The notes below the pieces were generated by a model that saw nothing but the letters and a program-made list of their open reading frames with translations, was not told where the DNA came from and made no database searches. The translations under genes were made by a program, and so were the position numbers. From Nitrospira japonica (GTDB lineage Bacteria; Nitrospirota; Thermodesulfovibrionia; Thermodesulfovibrionales; SM23-35): 64,000 bases of DNA. Location: the NCBI GenBank assembly GCA_020725385.1, contig DYFC01000034.1, forward strand, positions 32,001 through 96,000, read 5' to 3'. Of this stretch, positions 28,170-38,937 are shown in pieces. How positions within the stretch are numbered: the first letter of the stretch is position 1; every line of letters starts with the position of its first letter.

Positions 28170-28681
28170 TTTATAACCTCCACTGCATCTTTTTTAGAGA
28201 CCCTCGGAGGAGGGCTTGGAATTTTTGATGGATAACCAACAGGTACAATTGCAACGGGTCTTAAATAATCCGGCATCTTCAATATCTTATGTACATCATT
28301 TTCATTGAAAGCACCAACCCAGCATGTGCCAAGACTGTTTTCATGAGCAACAAGCATCATGCCCATTATGCTTAATGCAACATCCTGAATTGAATAAAGA
28401 TATACACCCCTTTCCCTGTATTTATATGATATACGGCTGTCTGTACATCCAATGATTACCAGTGGTGCTTCTGCGATAAAATTCTGGTTTAAAGCAGCAA
28501 TAGCAATTTTTTTCTTTATATCACCATTCATAACAAAATAGAATTTTCTCGCCTGTAAATTTCCAGCACTTGGAGCCCAGATTAAAGCTTCTGCAAGTTT
28601 GTCAAGCAAAAAATCGGGGATTTCCTTTTTTTGAAAATCCCTTATGCTTCTTCTTTCTTTAACAGCTTTTAAAATATCCAT
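28166..28681 (-). CDS. Nitroreductase family protein
   Basis: RRSIRDF, APSAGNLQ, LGTCWVGAF, PVGYP. Confidence 0.9.
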   Translation of the reverse strand: MDILKAVKERRSIRDFQKKEIPDFLLDKLAEALIWAPSAGNLQARKFYFVMNGDIKKKIAIAALNQNFIAEAPLVIIGCTDSRISYKYRERGVYLYSIQDVALSIMGMMLVAHENSLGTCWVGAFNENDVHKILKMPDYLRPVAIVPVGYPSKIPSPPPRVSKKDAVEVIK

Positions 28682-28688
28682 TTTTTAA

Positions 28689-29798
28689 TTACGGTTTCCA
28701 GAATTCCTCAAATTTTCCGTTTTTAGTAATCCATACAACGTACGGAGAAACAGTTACATCTCCTTTTGAGTCAAATTTTATTTTTCCGAGAGCAACATTA
28801 AATTCCATTGAATGTAGTTTTTCGGAAATTGCTGCTCCATCTGTTGAATTTGCAGCATTTATTGCTGTTAATAAAATATTTGCTGCATCATAGGCATAAA
28901 TTGAATATGGTCCTATTTCGCCAAATTTTGATTGGTAATTTTTTATGAAATCTTTTGCAGACGGAATATTTTTTGGATCAGGACTAAAAGTAAGATAAGT
29001 ACCTTCGGCAGCAGATGCGCCTGCAATTTCTATGAATTTCGGGTCAATTGTTCCATCACCGCTTAGAAACGGCACATTCAAACCCAGTTCTCTTGATTGT
29101 TTCACAAGAAGACCTGCTTCAGGATATATTCCTCCAAAAAAAACAATTTCAGGTTTCTTTGATTTTACAGTGGTTAATACCATTTTGAAATCTTTATCAC
29201 CTTGAACTATTCCACCATAATATACGACCTTAGCTTTATCACCAATGTGTTTTTTGAATTCGTCAGCCAGTCCCTGTCCATATGTAGTTTTATCGTGTAA
29301 AATTGCTACATTCTTTAATTTAAGCTGTTCGGTGACAAAAACAGCTCCTACTTTACCCTGCTGGTCATCTCTACCGCATACCCTGAAAACATTTTTATAT
29401 CCTTTGTCCGTGAGTTGTGGATTTGTAGAACCCGGTGTAATCATAGGGATTCCACTTCTATTGTAAACATCGGATGCAGGGATAGAACAACTTGAATTAA
29501 AATGTCCGACAACTCCGACCACACCATCATTTATCATCTTATTTGCTATTGAAACAGCTTGTTTAGGGTCATGCTGATCATCTCCTACTATAAGTTCAAT
29601 CTTTTTGCCCAATACCCCGCCTTTTTGATTCCATTCTTCAACCGCAAGTGTAGCTCCGTTTTTAAAATCCATTCCCATTTTTGCCTGATCACCTGTCATC
29701 GGTCCTGCAATTCCAATTTTAATAGTATCTTGTTGCTTCGATTGACATCCGGTGGATATGAAGAATGCAAAAAAAATTAAAATAAAAAATTTTTTCAT
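28689..29798 (-). CDS. Branched-chain amino acid ABC transporter substrate-binding lipoprotein (LivK-like)
   Basis: Lipobox STGC, GPMTG, GHFNSSCS, FRVCGRDDQQG, YGQGLA. Confidence 0.88.
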   Translation of the reverse strand: MKKFFILIFFAFFISTGCQSKQQDTIKIGIAGPMTGDQAKMGMDFKNGATLAVEEWNQKGGVLGKKIELIVGDDQHDPKQAVSIANKMINDGVVGVVGHFNSSCSIPASDVYNRSGIPMITPGSTNPQLTDKGYKNVFRVCGRDDQQGKVGAVFVTEQLKLKNVAILHDKTTYGQGLADEFKKHIGDKAKVVYYGGIVQGDKDFKMVLTTVKSKKPEIVFFGGIYPEAGLLVKQSRELGLNVPFLSGDGTIDPKFIEIAGASAAEGTYLTFSPDPKNIPSAKDFIKNYQSKFGEIGPYSIYAYDAANILLTAINAANSTDGAAISEKLHSMEFNVALGKIKFDSKGDVTVSPYVVWITKNGKFEEFWKP

Positions 29799-30415
29799 GA
29801 TCTAACCCTCCCTATTGAGTCAAGAAAATATTTAATATTAGTTTTTATATCACCTTTCAATATTCCTGAAGAGACAGCAATACCATCTGCACCGGCATCA
29901 AGAACTGATGCCAGATTTTCCGTGTTAATCCCGCCAATGGCAATTACAGGAATATTCACTATTTTTTTTACTTCCTTTAAAGCTCCTATTCCTTTTGGTT
30001 CACCCGCATCTTTTGTGTTTGTGTGAAAAATTGGACCAAATCCTAAATAATCAGCTCCTGTATCCTGAGCTTCAAGCGCCTCTTCAATTGAGTGTGTTGA
30101 TATACCAATAGTAAATTTTTGTCCAGTGATTTTTCGAGCCTCTTTTAAAGGTAAGTCATCCTGTCCAAGATGAACTCCTTCAGCATCAGAAGCAAGTGCA
30201 ATATCTGTGTGATCATTTATAATTAAAGTCGCATCATATTCAGAAGTTATTTGTCTCAAGTCAACAGCATTTTCGTAAATTGCTCTTCTTGTGTTTTTTT
30301 TGTCCCTGTATTGAATCCATTTAATGCCGCAATCGAGAACAATACGTGTCATCTCTATAAAAGACAGATTGCAAATATTCTGATCGGTAATGAAACAGAT
30401 GCCAGCCAGATACAT
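29795..30415 (-). CDS. thiE: Thiamine-phosphate synthase
   Basis: QYRDK, IIND, GVHLGQDD, GISTH, TNTK, AIGGI. Confidence 0.93.
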   Translation of the reverse strand: MYLAGICFITDQNICNLSFIEMTRIVLDCGIKWIQYRDKKNTRRAIYENAVDLRQITSEYDATLIINDHTDIALASDAEGVHLGQDDLPLKEARKITGQKFTIGISTHSIEEALEAQDTGADYLGFGPIFHTNTKDAGEPKGIGALKEVKKIVNIPVIAIGGINTENLASVLDAGADGIAVSSGILKGDIKTNIKYFLDSIGRVRS

Positions 30416-30419
30416 TGTA

Positions 30420-31781
30420 TTAACCTTCTTTAGTGTTATTGTTATTCTTTTCGATAAAACCTGTATTGAAATTACCGCTAATAAAATCAGGATGGCTCAT
30501 TACTTTTTTATGGAAAGGAATTGTAGTCTTGACCCCTTCTATGATGAATTCATCAAGCGCTCTTTTCATTCTTGCTATAGCCTCATTTCTGTCTTTGCCA
30601 TAGACAATAAGTTTTGCGATCAAAGAATCATATTGTGAGGGGATAACATATCCCTGATAGATTGCTGTGTCTACCCTTACACCCGGTCCACCCGGTAAAG
30701 ACAAGAATGTAATTTTGCCGGGTGAAGGAATAAAACGTTCCGGGTCTTCAGCATTAATTCTGCATTCGATAGAATGACCTGAAAGTTTAATTTGATTCTG
30801 TTTATATCCGAGAGGAAGTCCGGCTGCGAGTTTTATCTGTTCTTTAATAATGTCAATTCCGGTAACAGCCTCTGTAACGGGGTGTTCGACCTGTACACGA
30901 GTATTGACTTCAATAAAATAAATATTTCCTTTATTGTCAACAATGAACTCAATTGTACCTAAGTTACGATACTTTAAAGCTTTTGCAGCTTTTACCCCAA
31001 GCTCTCCAATTCTTTTTCTGAATTTTTCAGTTGTTATAAATGGTGAAGGAGATTCTTCAATAAGTTTTTGATGCCTTCTTTGTATGGTACAGTCTCTTTC
31101 ATGAAGATGAATTATATTCCCTTTATTGTCAGCCATAATCTGGACTTCAATATGTCGTAATTCAGGTATATATTCTTCTATATATACTTCGCTGTTACCA
31201 AAAGCTGTGAGAGCCTCCCTTTGAGCTATAAAGAAAGCCTGCTCAAGAGCCTTTTCTTCTTTTATGATTTTCATTCCATGTCCGCCACCACCTGCTGATG
31301 CTTTCAAGACAATAGGAAACCCGATCTTTTTTGCGACCTTCATGGCAGTTTCTTCATCAGGAATAGGGCCATCGCTACCTGATACTATAGGAACACCTTT
31401 TCTTTTCATTGTCTGTCTTGCCTTGGCCTTGTCTCCACCGAGACGTATATTTTCAGGTGAAGGACCTATAAAAATAATTCCGGATGTCTGGCAGGCTTCT
31501 GCAAAATGATAATTCTCTGCGAGGAACCCGTATCCAGGATGTATTGCGTCGGCGTCAGTAATTTCAGCAGCACTCAAAATTGCAGGAATGTTAAGATAAC
31601 TCTGGCTTGCCTGAGCAGGACCAATGCAGACAGATTCATCTGCAAGACGCACATGTAATGACTCCCTATCGATATCAGAATAAACAGCAACAGTTTTTAT
31701 TCCCATTTCACGACAGGCTCGTATTATGCGTACTGCTATTTCACCTCTATTTGCGATCAAAACTTTCTTAAAAATTTTCAT
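30420..31781 (-). CDS. accC: Acetyl-CoA carboxylase biotin carboxylase subunit
   Basis: [38 protein letters not shown]. Confidence 0.95.
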   Translation of the reverse strand: MKIFKKVLIANRGEIAVRIIRACREMGIKTVAVYSDIDRESLHVRLADESVCIGPAQASQSYLNIPAILSAAEITDADAIHPGYGFLAENYHFAEACQTSGIIFIGPSPENIRLGGDKAKARQTMKRKGVPIVSGSDGPIPDEETAMKVAKKIGFPIVLKASAGGGGHGMKIIKEEKALEQAFFIAQREALTAFGNSEVYIEEYIPELRHIEVQIMADNKGNIIHLHERDCTIQRRHQKLIEESPSPFITTEKFRKRIGELGVKAAKALKYRNLGTIEFIVDNKGNIYFIEVNTRVQVEHPVTEAVTGIDIIKEQIKLAAGLPLGYKQNQIKLSGHSIECRINAEDPERFIPSPGKITFLSLPGGPGVRVDTAIYQGYVIPSQYDSLIAKLIVYGKDRNEAIARMKRALDEFIIEGVKTTIPFHKKVMSHPDFISGNFNTGFIEKNNNNTKEG

Positions 31782-31836
31782 ACTCTTAACATTACTGGAT
31801 TTTTATAAAAAGAGATTAATCAAGTTTGTCGAATAT

Positions 31837-32274
31837 CTATAAAGGTTCTATTAAGAACAAAGGTTCACCATATTCGACTGGCTGTCCATTTTCCACAAGA
31901 ATTTTTACGATTATTCCATCTGTTTCGCTCTCAATTTCATTCATGAGTTTCATTGCTTCAACAATACATAGAACCTGACCTTTTGATACCTTTGAGCCAA
32001 TTTCTACAAAAGGATTTGCATCGGGCGAGGGTGCTCTATAGAAAGTGCCTACAATTGGAGAAGTAATTGTAATAAGCCTTTGGGTTTCTTCTTCTTCCGG
32101 GATGTCTGTAGTTTTAGTATGAATAACAGAAGGTTTTTGTAAAGGCATTTCTATAGATGTCAAGATTTTTTCTCTTTTAATTTTTACTCTGGTACCTTCT
32201 TTTTCAACCTGAAGTTCTGTAATGTCTGTATCCTTGAGAAGTTCAATTAAAGCTTTTAAATCCTCAAGTTCCAT
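31837..32274 (-). CDS. accB: Biotin carboxyl carrier protein
   Basis: [17 protein letters not shown] biotinylation motif. Confidence 0.95.
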   Translation of the reverse strand: MELEDLKALIELLKDTDITELQVEKEGTRVKIKREKILTSIEMPLQKPSVIHTKTTDIPEEEETQRLITITSPIVGTFYRAPSPDANPFVEIGSKVSKGQVLCIVEAMKLMNEIESETDGIIVKILVENGQPVEYGEPLFLIEPL

Positions 32275-32837
32275 TATTTTACCCTTTCTATATACTCTGA
32301 AGTTCGAGTGTCTATTTTAATTACGTCTCCTTCATTTATATGAAAAGGAACTTTTACTACAGCGCCTGTCTCAAGTGTTGCTGGTTTGCCTCCGCCTGAA
32401 GCTGTATCACCTTTAAAGCCTGCAGGGTCTGTTTTTATTACAGTTAGTTCAACAAAAGTCGGGATGTCAACACTTATTGGTATTTCTTTATGATATAGTA
32501 TTTTGACTGTCATGTTTTCTTTAAGAAAGTTTTTTGCATCTCCAAGTTGCTCCACTGTTAATGGAATTTGTTCATATGTTTCGGTATCCATAAAGAAATA
32601 CTGGTCTGCCTGGTTGTAAAGATATTGCATTGATTTTTCTTCAAGACCTGGCTTTTCGAGTTTTTCCCCTGATCTAAAGGTTTCCTCGATAATCGCACCT
32701 GTTTTCAAATTCCTGAGTTTTGTTCTTACAATAGCACCACCCCTGCCCATCTTGACATGCTGAAAATCTACTATTTCGCAAGGTTCACCTTTAAATTCAA
32801 CTTTTAAACCCCTTTTAAAATCACTTGTTGAAATCAA
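32274..32837 (-). CDS. efp: Elongation factor P
   Basis: HVKMGRGGA (Arg-type loop), [16 protein letters not shown]. Confidence 0.95.
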   Translation of the reverse strand: MISTSDFKRGLKVEFKGEPCEIVDFQHVKMGRGGAIVRTKLRNLKTGAIIEETFRSGEKLEKPGLEEKSMQYLYNQADQYFFMDTETYEQIPLTVEQLGDAKNFLKENMTVKILYHKEIPISVDIPTFVELTVIKTDPAGFKGDTASGGGKPATLETGAVVKVPFHINEGDVIKIDTRTSEYIERVK

Positions 32838-33025
32838 ATCTAATACCTCCTGATAAGATGAGTATTATTTTAGCATTTTCTGCAAATTTTTCCACTATCT
32901 TAACGGAGTTAACTAGTTATTCATTTGCTAACATAAAAAGAAAAAATAAAAAAATTTACTTGACATTAATTTTTAAGATATGTAACTCTACGTAGCATAT
33001 ATTTTTTATTAAAGGAGGGAATTGG

Positions 33026-34357
33026 ATGAAAAAGGGGTCTGTAGTAATGTTTAGCAGTATTTTTCTTGCAGTATTTACCATTTTATTCTTTTCTTGGGGT
33101 TCTGCTTTCGGAGCTGGATTCGCACTTATTGAGCAAAGCATGAGCGGTCTTGGAAATGCATATTCAGGAGGTTCAGCAATTGCTGAAGATTCATCAACAA
33201 TATTTTATAATCCTGCTGGAATGACAAGACTCAGCGGTAATCAAATTGTAGCCGGTACCCATGTAATTATGCCTTCCGTTGAATTTAATAATGAAGGCTC
33301 AAAACACGTAACAGGAGCGCCTTTAAGCGGTGGAAATGGAGGAGATGGTGGTGTAACGAAACTTGTACCCAATCTTTATTACAGCAGAAAAGTTACCGAT
33401 AAATTTGCTGTCGGTATTGGAATAAACGCTCCATTTGGACTTGCAACAGAATACGATAAAAATTGGGTCGGTCGCTATCATGCGGTTGAATCAGATGTTC
33501 TTACTGTAAATATTAATCCATCGGTAGCTTATAAAGTAAATGATAATCTTAGTATTGGAGCGGGTTTTAGCGCAATGTATTTAAAAGCCCTTCTTTCCAA
33601 TGCAATAGATTTTGGAACTGTTGGATATATGCTTAAAATTCCTGGCTTACTTCCTCAAAAAAATGATGGTTTTGTTGAACTCGAAGGAGATAGCTGGGCC
33701 TTTGGTTTTAATGCAGGTATCCTTTATGAATTCAATAAAAATACAAGAGCAGGTATAGCATATCGTTCAAGAGTAGAACATACTCTAAAGGGTGAAGCTG
33801 ATTTTTCAAAAGTTCCGGCACTATTAAAGTCTGCATTTAAGGATGGAGATGTTGAAGCAGATATTACTTTACCCGATAGTCTGTCAATAAGTTTATACCA
33901 TCAGTATAATCCTAAATGGGCTGTTATGGCTGATTTCACATGGACTAACTGGAGTGTATTTGACAAGCTTGTTGTAGAATTCGATAATCCTGCACAGAAA
34001 GACGCTGTTACAACTGAAAAATGGCAGGACAATTACCGTTATTCATTGGGCGTAACATATACTCCGGATGATAAGTGGAAATTCAGGGCTGGAACTGCGT
34101 ATGATACATCGGCAGTCGCAAGCTCAAAATATCGTACTCCAAGAATTCCTGATGGAGACAGAATATGGATAGCTTTGGGATTCGGTTATAAATTTACAGA
34201 CATGTTTGCGGTTGATTTCGGTTATGCACATCTTTTTGTGAATGACCCTGAAATAAACAAATCAGCAACAGGTGAAGATCAGCTTAAAGGTGCGTTGAAG
34301 GGCACATTTGATGCAGCTATTGATATACTTAGCGCCCAGTTGACATTAAGGTTTTAA
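33026..34357 (+). CDS. fadL: FadL/OmpP1 family outer-membrane long-chain fatty acid transporter
   Basis: Signal peptide, AGFALIEQS..LGNAYSG, NPAGM, PFGL, RIPD, C-terminal Phe. Confidence 0.88.
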   Translation: MKKGSVVMFSSIFLAVFTILFFSWGSAFGAGFALIEQSMSGLGNAYSGGSAIAEDSSTIFYNPAGMTRLSGNQIVAGTHVIMPSVEFNNEGSKHVTGAPLSGGNGGDGGVTKLVPNLYYSRKVTDKFAVGIGINAPFGLATEYDKNWVGRYHAVESDVLTVNINPSVAYKVNDNLSIGAGFSAMYLKALLSNAIDFGTVGYMLKIPGLLPQKNDGFVELEGDSWAFGFNAGILYEFNKNTRAGIAYRSRVEHTLKGEADFSKVPALLKSAFKDGDVEADITLPDSLSISLYHQYNPKWAVMADFTWTNWSVFDKLVVEFDNPAQKDAVTTEKWQDNYRYSLGVTYTPDDKWKFRAGTAYDTSAVASSKYRTPRIPDGDRIWIALGFGYKFTDMFAVDFGYAHLFVNDPEINKSATGEDQLKGALKGTFDAAIDILSAQLTLRF

Positions 34358-35880
34358 TGCTTCTTCACCAGCATTTCATAAAAATAGCGAAAAGGTGCGG
34401 TGATAAATTTGCTTTTATTGACCGCACCTCTGATAAACGCATTACCTATTCAAAGGCTTTGATTGCCTCATTAATTCTTTCCGACAAGATAAAAAAATAT
34501 CATGAAGGATTTATTGGCATTATGATTCCAACATCAGCAGGTTGTGCTCTTTCGATACTCGGGACTTTGATGAGCGGAAAGATACCTGTAATGATTAATT
34601 ATTCAACAGGCGCTGCAACAAATGCTTTATACGCACAAAATAAATGCAGTTTCAAGACAATTATTACATCCAAAGCTTTGCTCGAAAAAATTAATTGCCC
34701 TGTAATTGATGGCATGGTATTTATCGAAGATATCATGGAAAGTGTTACGGCAGGCGATAAGCTGAAAGCTGCTTTCATATCTAAATTACCCGTTGCTGTA
34801 ATCCAAAGGCTCGTTTATAGCGGTAATGAGGATGACAATATTGTGATACTTTTTACGAGTGGAAGCGAGAAAGATCCAAAAGCTGTACAACTGACGCACA
34901 AAAATATATCATCCAATATAAGAGATTTCAGTCAGGTTATGAAAATGTTTGAAAATGATATTATGCTTGCAAATCTTCCATATTTCCATGTATTCGGCCT
35001 GACTGTAAATCTCTGGACACCGCTTTATTTTGGAATGACCATTGTATCATATGCAAATCCTCTGGATTATAAAATGATCTGCACCATCCTTAGAGAAGAG
35101 AGACCAACTGTAATGGTTGGCACCCCGAGCTTCTTGTGGGGGTATCTTCGCAAATCAGAATCCGGGGATTTCAGCAGCATTCGCCTTATTGTAAGTGGTG
35201 CTGATAAGTGTCCTGATGTACTTAGAAAAGAATTCAAGGAAAAGCACGGCATTACACTTTATGAAGGTTATGGTACTACCGAAACATCACCTGTTATTTC
35301 AGTAAATACACCCGAGTATAATAAACCTGGAAGTGTTGGCAGGGTATTGCCCAATGTTAAAGTTCGGATCGAAAATTATGAAACAGGAAATGAATGCAAA
35401 CCCGGCGAAGTTGGACGAATTCTTGTTAAAGGTGATCTTGTAATGAAGGGTTATCTTGATGATTTTGAAGAGACTTCTATGCGTATTAGACACGGATGGT
35501 ATGACACCGGCGATATGGGTTATATTGACAAGGATGGTTTTTTATGGCATTCCGGAAGATTAAAAAGATTTGTTAAGATAGGCGGGGAGATGGTATCGCT
35601 CGTAAAAGTTGAAGATGTATTGCAAAAACTTTTACCAGAAGATATTGCATGTTGTGTAGTTGAAGTGCCTGATGCATTGAAAGGTGTAAAGATTGTTGCT
35701 GCTGTAACCAAAAAGATTGATGAAAGAAAAATCCTCAAACAAATGTCAGCACATCTTCCTAATATAGCCCTGCCCAAACAATTTGTTGTTATAGAAGAAC
35801 TTCCTAAAATGGGAAGCGGCAAGATAGATTTCCGTACAGTAGCAAATATGCTGCATGAAATATTGAGGGAAAAGGGATAG
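34357..35880 (+). CDS. AMP-binding acyl-ACP synthetase (Aas C-terminal-like) / acyl-CoA ligase
   Basis: FTSGSEKDPK, YEGYGTTETSP, YDTGD, GRLKRFVKIGGEMVS, GSGKID. Confidence 0.85.
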   Translation: MLLHQHFIKIAKRCGDKFAFIDRTSDKRITYSKALIASLILSDKIKKYHEGFIGIMIPTSAGCALSILGTLMSGKIPVMINYSTGAATNALYAQNKCSFKTIITSKALLEKINCPVIDGMVFIEDIMESVTAGDKLKAAFISKLPVAVIQRLVYSGNEDDNIVILFTSGSEKDPKAVQLTHKNISSNIRDFSQVMKMFENDIMLANLPYFHVFGLTVNLWTPLYFGMTIVSYANPLDYKMICTILREERPTVMVGTPSFLWGYLRKSESGDFSSIRLIVSGADKCPDVLRKEFKEKHGITLYEGYGTTETSPVISVNTPEYNKPGSVGRVLPNVKVRIENYETGNECKPGEVGRILVKGDLVMKGYLDDFEETSMRIRHGWYDTGDMGYIDKDGFLWHSGRLKRFVKIGGEMVSLVKVEDVLQKLLPEDIACCVVEVPDALKGVKIVAAVTKKIDERKILKQMSAHLPNIALPKQFVVIEELPKMGSGKIDFRTVANMLHEILREKG

Positions 35881-35922
35881 TAATTTCGGAATTTTTTGCT
35901 TAATTTAGAAAATTTTTTGGGG

Positions 35923-37002
35923 TTAAATGATTTCAAGTTTTTTGGGCAATTGAGTAAGAACTTCGCAGCCTGCTTCTTTTACAATAACCATATCCTCAAT
36001 CCTTACACCTCCGAGTTCAGGTATGTATATCCCCGGTTCTATGGTAAATATCATATTATGTTTAAGAATTGTGTTCTGATTCCATGTGATTCTCGGAGCT
36101 TCGTGCACCTCAAGTCCTACCCCGTGTCCTGTTCCATGTCCAAAATAATTGCCGAAACCTTTTGCCTTTATATATTCTCTTGCAATTGAGTCAATTTTTT
36201 TGGATTTGATTCCGGGTTTAACAGATGAAATAGATTTTTGATTAGCCCTTAAAACAATATTATAAATAGCGGTTTTTTTTCTGTAGTCCTTACCACCATT
36301 TAATAGAAAAGTACGGGTCATATCCGAAAAATAACCATCCGCCTCTCCGCCCCAATCAATAATTATCATATCACCTTTCTGAAATCTTCTATCCGTGGGT
36401 TTTGCATGAGGCATTGCGGAATTAGGACCTGATGCTACAATAATATCAAATGGTAAACAGCGACATCCCTGTTTTTTTAACCTCTCTTCAAGTAGATTTG
36501 ATAGTTTTAATTCAGTTTGACCTTCTTTTATTAAAGGTTTTGTTTCAAGAAAAGCATTTTCAGCTCTTTTTATAGCCAGTTTTATTTTTTCGATTTCTTC
36601 TTCTTGTTTTATCAGACGTATCTGTTCAACAACACCATCAACATCTCTTAGGGTGGTCTTTGATTTTGTCAGCTTTCGATAGAAATTATATGATATACTC
36701 GATTCAAATCCTGTTATTTTTGAAAAAGTTTTTTTAATTAGTTTATCTATAATTTGAATACGATTCCCTGCTTCAATAATTATGTCCCAACCATTTATTT
36801 CTTTATGTGCCTGTTCTTTGTATCTAAAATCGGTTACAAATACATTATGTTTATGCGTTATAAATAAAAAACCCGATGAGCCTGTAAAACCTGTAAGATA
36901 CCTTATGTTAATAATATTAAATATGAGTAATGAATCTACCCCTATTTTTTTGATTGCTCTTTTAACAGCATCGAGTCTTGCCTGAAATGAAGATGTAAGC
37001 AT
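35923..37002 (-). CDS. Xaa-Pro aminopeptidase (M24 family)
   Basis: YLTGFTGS, TDFRY, SDMTRT, HGTGHGVGLEVHE, TIEPG, GVRIED. Confidence 0.92.
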   Translation of the reverse strand: MLTSSFQARLDAVKRAIKKIGVDSLLIFNIINIRYLTGFTGSSGFLFITHKHNVFVTDFRYKEQAHKEINGWDIIIEAGNRIQIIDKLIKKTFSKITGFESSISYNFYRKLTKSKTTLRDVDGVVEQIRLIKQEEEIEKIKLAIKRAENAFLETKPLIKEGQTELKLSNLLEERLKKQGCRCLPFDIIVASGPNSAMPHAKPTDRRFQKGDMIIIDWGGEADGYFSDMTRTFLLNGGKDYRKKTAIYNIVLRANQKSISSVKPGIKSKKIDSIAREYIKAKGFGNYFGHGTGHGVGLEVHEAPRITWNQNTILKHNMIFTIEPGIYIPELGGVRIEDMVIVKEAGCEVLTQLPKKLEII

Positions 37003-37185
37003 AATGATGTAGATACAATAACAAAAAATATCCTTAAATGTCTAAAGTGAAAATCTGTTATTAAAATTCTCAAATTCTCATTCTTATTTATCAAATTGAG
37101 AATTTTTAGATATTTCAAAAATATATTAAGTCCGCATTTTTATATAACTATAGGAAAAATAAGTAAAAATTACATTGTAAGAATA

Positions 37186-37201
37186 TGGCATTTAATTTGC
37201 T
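37186..37201 (+). promoter_or_regulatory. sigma54 (-24/-12) promoter
   Basis: TGGCAT-TTAAT-TTGCT with exact GG-N10-GC spacing, about 45 nt upstream of the sigma factor gene. Confidence 0.6.
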
Positions 37202-37244
37202 GCTATATTTTCAGATTGAAGTACAAATTAGTTTTAAGTAGCAG

Positions 37245-38555
37245 GTGATGTTTATGGAAGAAAACAATTTATTTGAGGATATTATACAACTGGGGTTAGA
37301 TAAAGGAAGTTTGACCTTCAATGACATAGATGAAGTAATACCGCCTGAATTTATGGTAAATAAAGATTTTGAATCATTTGTATATCAGATACAAGATGCA
37401 GGAATTAGATTAGAAGATGAAATTGAATCGGATTTGAAAAATAAGGAAAATAATGGAGACGATTTATTTGATGATATTGAAAATGACAATCTTGTCCGGA
37501 CTTATCTCCATTCAATGGGAAATATCAATATTTTTACAAAAAACGAGACTATCGAAATTGCAAGAAAAATCAAAGAAGGTAACAGGATTTTAATAAAAAG
37601 CATTTCACAGTTTCCGGTATATAAAAGAATTAAGAAGGAGAATCGGGAGAACGGTGGGCATAACAATAATATTACAAATAACAACAATGACCAGGAAATT
37701 TTAAAGAGGTGTATGGAGGTTTTAAAATCTCTTCTTGGAAAAAATAAAATTAAGGATATAATTGCTGAAACAGGTGTTAATTCAAAAGAGTTTAAAAAGA
37801 AATATGAAAAAATATTAGAAGTTCAGAAATTTATCGATGATGCAAAAAATGAATTTGTAATACACAATTTAAGGCTTGTTGTTAATATAGCAAAACAATA
37901 TATAGGAAGGGGGCTACCTCTGCTAGATTTAATACAGGAAGGAAATATAGGGCTCATGAAAGCTGTTGAAAGGTTTGATTATAGAAGAGGCTTCAAATTC
38001 AGTACTTATGCGGTCTGGTGGATTAGGCAGGCAATTTTAAGAGCTTTAATCGAGCAAACAAGAACTGTTAGATTGCCTGTTCATGTGATCGAGATGTATA
38101 ACAAAATGAATCAATCGGAGAAAGAGATAACTAATATGCTCGGAAGAAAACCCGGGATTGCTGAAATTGCCGATAAAACAGGTGTATCTTTTGAAAAAGT
38201 TGAAAATGTATATAATGCATTGCAGGATACTGTTTCAATGAACGAACCAATTGGAGATGACAAAACTTCTCTCGGCGAATATATCCCTGACACAAGAAGC
38301 TTGTCACCTTATGAAAGTACAGAACAGAAAAAAATGAGGGAATATCTGCTGAAAATACTTCATACACTTACACCTAAAGAAGAAAAAGTTATCAAAATGA
38401 GGTATGGAATAGGCTGTGACAGGGATTATACACTCGAAGAAATAGGCAAGCATTTATCTATTACAAGAGAACGTGTGAGACAGATTGAAGAGAAAGCAAT
38501 TAAAAAGCTCAGGCATCCAAAACGGCTTAAGGCAATAAGGGAAATGCTTCATTAA
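37245..38555 (+). CDS. RpoD-like sigma-70 family sigma factor (probably an alternative paralog)
   Basis: NLRLVVNIAK, DLIQEGNIGLMKAVERFDYRRGFKFSTYAVWWIRQAI, TLEEIG..TRERVRQIE; regions 1.1 and 1.2 are degenerate. Confidence 0.9.
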   Translation: MMFMEENNLFEDIIQLGLDKGSLTFNDIDEVIPPEFMVNKDFESFVYQIQDAGIRLEDEIESDLKNKENNGDDLFDDIENDNLVRTYLHSMGNINIFTKNETIEIARKIKEGNRILIKSISQFPVYKRIKKENRENGGHNNNITNNNNDQEILKRCMEVLKSLLGKNKIKDIIAETGVNSKEFKKKYEKILEVQKFIDDAKNEFVIHNLRLVVNIAKQYIGRGLPLLDLIQEGNIGLMKAVERFDYRRGFKFSTYAVWWIRQAILRALIEQTRTVRLPVHVIEMYNKMNQSEKEITNMLGRKPGIAEIADKTGVSFEKVENVYNALQDTVSMNEPIGDDKTSLGEYIPDTRSLSPYESTEQKKMREYLLKILHTLTPKEEKVIKMRYGIGCDRDYTLEEIGKHLSITRERVRQIEEKAIKKLRHPKRLKAIREMLH

Positions 38556-38560
38556 ATAAT

Positions 38561-38694
38561 AAAAAGAAAAGGGACAGAGACTATGTGGGAGTCAATCCAC
38601 AGTGTAATATCGCCTCTGCCCCAACCTGAAATCTGTTTTTGAAGGTTCCTGAATACAGTTTCAGAAATCAAAGAGGCAGTGTTAATTTTTCAAT
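38561..38694 (-). ncRNA. Candidate structured small RNA / attenuator-like element
   Basis: Upstream TTGACA-N19-TAAAAT with an extended -10 TG (38731-38701); two overlapping long hairpins ending in a U-tract; no ORF. Confidence 0.4.
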
Positions 38695-38937
38695 TCTGAA
38701 ATTTTACCATAATTTTAAAATAATTTGTCAATCAAATTGCTCAAAATAAATTGATTTATAAAAATTTTTGATGAAATAAAATTTACTATAATTCGAAGCA
38801 ACAGCCGGATATTCTGAAATTTGTGCTATACTTACTTATAATCCGTCTTCTCTATTCTTAGCTTTGAGCAATTGGTCCGGTTATTCTGGTTAACAATTGT
38901 AAATATTAAAGTAGCAAAGAATTATTTCATTATTAAA

